Source of the DNA: a virus
Virus record (IMG/VR): IMGVR_UViG_3300045988_079296
Span: 32,001 to 96,000 of that record
DNA: 64,000 bases
Reading direction: 5' to 3' (one strand)
The notes beneath the pieces were generated by a model. That model made no database searches, was not told where the DNA came from, and worked only from the letters and a program-made list of their open reading frames with translations. Numbering within the stretch: the stretch's first letter is position 1; each line of letters starts with the position of its first letter. A program made the position numbers and the translations under genes. Of the stretch, positions 61,588 through 64,000 are shown one piece after another.

Positions 61588-62935
61588 CCCAATCGGTGTT
61601 TAACGTTCTTACACGGTCATAGAACCTCGCATAAGCAAAGTTGTTACAAATATGTATTGGGTCGCCATTCTTATAGTCTCGGAGCTTATCTGTATGAATG
61701 CGCATGATTTCCTCTCGCATTTCATCACGGGTTTGGTTAATCGTAATGAATATATCGAAAGGTCTGATTTTACCTTTATCCTCCGACAGTTGAGCACGGG
61801 TGATAACGAATTGGGGGTCATTCTTTTGTTCCTCCGCTATATTACTGGATTGGGTTGCCGTATGAACTACCGCATTAAACTCCATCGCCAAGGTCTTCAT
61901 TCCCTTCGCAAGTTTAGCTTGTCGGAAACGTTCATCTTTTGGCATATAAAGAATACCATCGCCAACCTCTAACAACTCCAAGTAGTCTATGATAATAACG
62001 TCTATCTTACCATAGATTTTCTCCATTTCTTTCAGCTCCCTACGAACGTCAACAAGGCTCTTACCTCCCCATTTCTCTTCGGAGCTTACAATAACATCGG
62101 ACTTGCGCAACTTCTTAATGATACGTTGCGTTACTTTCATCTTTTTATCCGATATATTGCCTTGCTTAACGTCTTGATAAAGCGTTCCTGTCCAAGCTGC
62201 ATCGTAACGATTCAAACATTGCTCTTTCGTTCCTTCCAACTGGAAGTGGGCTACCCTGAACCCCTGCCTTGCGGCTGATATCCCAAGAGAAGTCAAACAT
62301 TGACTCTTACCAGATCCTGAATCTCCTAACCAAAGAACGCATTCACCCGTCTCTGGGCCACCGAACTCTCCGCCCAAACGATAATCAATTTCATCAATTC
62401 CCGTAGGTATCTTGAAACGAAAGTTGTAATCTTCGCTCTTTCTCTTCGCTTGTCGCTCGGAGAAGTCCGCAAAGACGGTTTCAAACTTCGGCTTCATTAT
62501 GGAGAATTTGGAAAAGTCCTCGGCATACTTAACGAATGTATCATATGCTTTGTCCTTTTCTCCACGGTTGTATATATCCGCTATCTTATCATTAACTTCA
62601 ATGAACTTCATACGCTTGATGAAGTCCTCAAAGCTCTTCATCAAATCATCCTCGAAGTTATCTTCATCATCAAACTCAACATCGACTATCTCTCCCAACA
62701 AATCAAGAACCTTCTCTGAATCAGCAAACTGTTGTTGAGCTATACCGATTGTTGGCGTTCTTCCCGTCCTATCATAATGCTTAACCGCCCATTGCCATAA
62801 CTGTTTTTCAGCTTCTGTTTGTAAGAAGGAGAATTTCAGATACTCACGTATTGTATCAAAAACTCCCCTTCTTTGGAACGCAGCCGCAAATAGCTCGTTG
62901 ATATAATTACTCGTCAAAGAATTATTTCTTGCCAT
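61559..62935 (-). CDS. dnaB: DnaB-like replicative helicase
   Basis: 458 aa. Walker A is WLGDSGSGKSQCL and Walker B is VIIIDYLELL. The C-terminal domain is RecA-like. Confidence 0.8.
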   Translation of the reverse strand: MARNNSLTSNYINELFAAAFQRRGVFDTIREYLKFSFLQTEAEKQLWQWAVKHYDRTGRTPTIGIAQQQFADSEKVLDLLGEIVDVEFDDEDNFEDDLMKSFEDFIKRMKFIEVNDKIADIYNRGEKDKAYDTFVKYAEDFSKFSIMKPKFETVFADFSERQAKRKSEDYNFRFKIPTGIDEIDYRLGGEFGGPETGECVLWLGDSGSGKSQCLTSLGISAARQGFRVAHFQLEGTKEQCLNRYDAAWTGTLYQDVKQGNISDKKMKVTQRIIKKLRKSDVIVSSEEKWGGKSLVDVRRELKEMEKIYGKIDVIIIDYLELLEVGDGILYMPKDERFRQAKLAKGMKTLAMEFNAVVHTATQSSNIAEEQKNDPQFVITRAQLSEDKGKIRPFDIFITINQTRDEMREEIMRIHTDKLRDYKNGDPIHICNNFAYARFYDRVRTLNTDWDEKEENEED

Positions 62936-63518
62936 AACCTCTCTTTACATATATTTTTGGATATTGTTTTTCAAGCAATTCCTTACATTCTCCTTTAAAT
63001 TTACATACGGTACAAAGAGAACTGCGATGGTGAAATAGCGTTGTGTTAGCTATGCACCAAGCATATCCCCGTTCCGTATTGTGATAAGCCTTTTTGAAGT
63101 TTTCTTCGGCAGGTCTTATCTTCTGAATTAACTCTGCTATCTTAGACGTTCGGTTGACTTTAGGTTTGTAAATTCCCAATTTCTTTATGTGTCCTTGGAC
63201 AATCCTTCGGTTTGTGGTTGGGTCAAAAGCTCTATAACGTTTTATAGCAGCTTTACCAAACATCCACCCGAACCGAACTGAACGTGAGTAGTCTTTTTCA
63301 GTACCCGTATTGAACCAACTTTGAAAGCCGTATTCAAGAAAGGTATTGATAAAGTCCGTTCCGATAATATTGGTATCAAACTCGTCTATGAATGCTTGCC
63401 AAGCGGCAACATCGGCATCGTTGCATTTATAGTTCACCCTTCGCTTGGTAATATTCTCAAGCATATCTATGAACATATCAACCGCCTGACGATATAATTG
63501 TCTTTCTTTTCTTGTCAT
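62922..63518 (-). CDS. hypothetical protein (possible helicase-associated factor)
   Basis: 198 aa with an ATG start. It overlaps both neighbours. It has a C-terminal CTVCKFKGEC. Confidence 0.45.
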   Translation of the reverse strand: MTRKERQLYRQAVDMFIDMLENITKRRVNYKCNDADVAAWQAFIDEFDTNIIGTDFINTFLEYGFQSWFNTGTEKDYSRSVRFGWMFGKAAIKRYRAFDPTTNRRIVQGHIKKLGIYKPKVNRTSKIAELIQKIRPAEENFKKAYHNTERGYAWCIANTTLFHHRSSLCTVCKFKGECKELLEKQYPKIYVKRGYGKK

Positions 63519-64000
63519 TCTTTTCTAAACCATTTCTTCAACCAACGCTCCAAAGTCTCGTAGCAATCATCAACTCCTGAATCAAGTATTCCTACACGTT
63601 TCTCCCCGATAGCGTCAATATAGGTCTGTAACCTTGCTTCTGAATGCTCGGAAAAGTAAGCGTCAAACTCATCGAAGAAGTCTATGATTGCGGAACGGTC
63701 TTTGTCCTTCGTAGCTCCAAGAACACGCCCTTTCTTTTGAACCGTATTGGCATCCTCAAGTCCTCCGTCCACGTTTATCATAACCTCAACGGCTGGAAGT
63801 GTTACGCCCTTCTTGAATATTCCCGAAGCCGACAAAAACCCTCCCTTGCCATCAAGAAATTCATTCTTTGCCGCTTCCCTCTCGTCACCCGAATGGTCAC
63901 CGCAGATAAAAGGTATTCCCGTAAGCTCTTCCAACTTGTATCCATGCTCTTTCGATTGGAAAATCAATAAAGTCTTTAGGTTCAACCTTCGTAGTATTTT
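63515..64000 (-). CDS. SF2 helicase, C-terminal domain only (N-terminus beyond right window edge)
   Basis: The frame is open to position 64000 (KILRRLNLKTLLIF...). The track start at 63985 is TTG. Helicase-C motifs are SASGIFKKGVTLP and QKKGRVLG. Confidence 0.65.
   Translation of the reverse strand, partial: KILRRLNLKTLLIFQSKEHGYKLEELTGIPFICGDHSGDEREAAKNEFLDGKGGFLSASGIFKKGVTLPAVEVMINVDGGLEDANTVQKKGRVLGATKDKDRSAIIDFFDEFDAYFSEHSEARLQTYIDAIGEKRVGILDSGVDDCYETLERWLKKWFRKE

Overview
This 64-kb window reads as a contiguous piece of a large virulent tailed-phage genome. About 98 genes are all on the minus strand and tightly packed. Many junctions are 4-nt ATGA or TAATG stop/start overlaps. The host is probably a Bacteroidota bacterium. 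Five intergenic promoters match the Bacteroidota sigma-A consensus (TTTG, 19 nt, TAnnTTTG), and Shine-Dalgarno sequences are essentially absent. Recognisable modules: (1) Replication and recombination: SF2 helicase (partial), DnaB-like helicase, DnaG-like primase, DnaE-type Pol III alpha, gp32-like SSB, UvsX/RecA-like, UvsY-like, SbcCD, RuvC-like, FEN, DnaQ-like exonuclease, HU and two UvrD-like helicases. (2) Nucleotide metabolism that looks like a thymidine-replacement/hypermodification kit: a divergent ThyA-superfamily enzyme, an HD 5'-deoxynucleotidase-like protein, DUF1599/Nmad1-like, dUTPase, a candidate aGPT-pyrophosphorylase-like protein and a P-loop kinase. (3) Three phage sigma-70/ECF-like factors. 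(4) Packaging and virion genes: TerL, portal, head morphogenesis and a fibre-like protein. (5) A terminal radical-SAM/SPASM + LmbE-type deacetylase + GT4 glycosyltransferase operon. Other notable sequence-level signals: a 16-nt leader motif in six strict copies next to start codons; two 19-nt (GA)n microsatellites at gene junctions; two genes that need a +1 frame correction; a G-run-rich non-coding island; and peptide modules shared between highly charged proteins. No tRNA, rRNA, CRISPR array, integrase or transposase was seen. Family assignments come from motifs read by eye and from memory, not from database searches. The ORF track uses TTG/GTG starts, so several N-termini were re-set to the nearest ATG.
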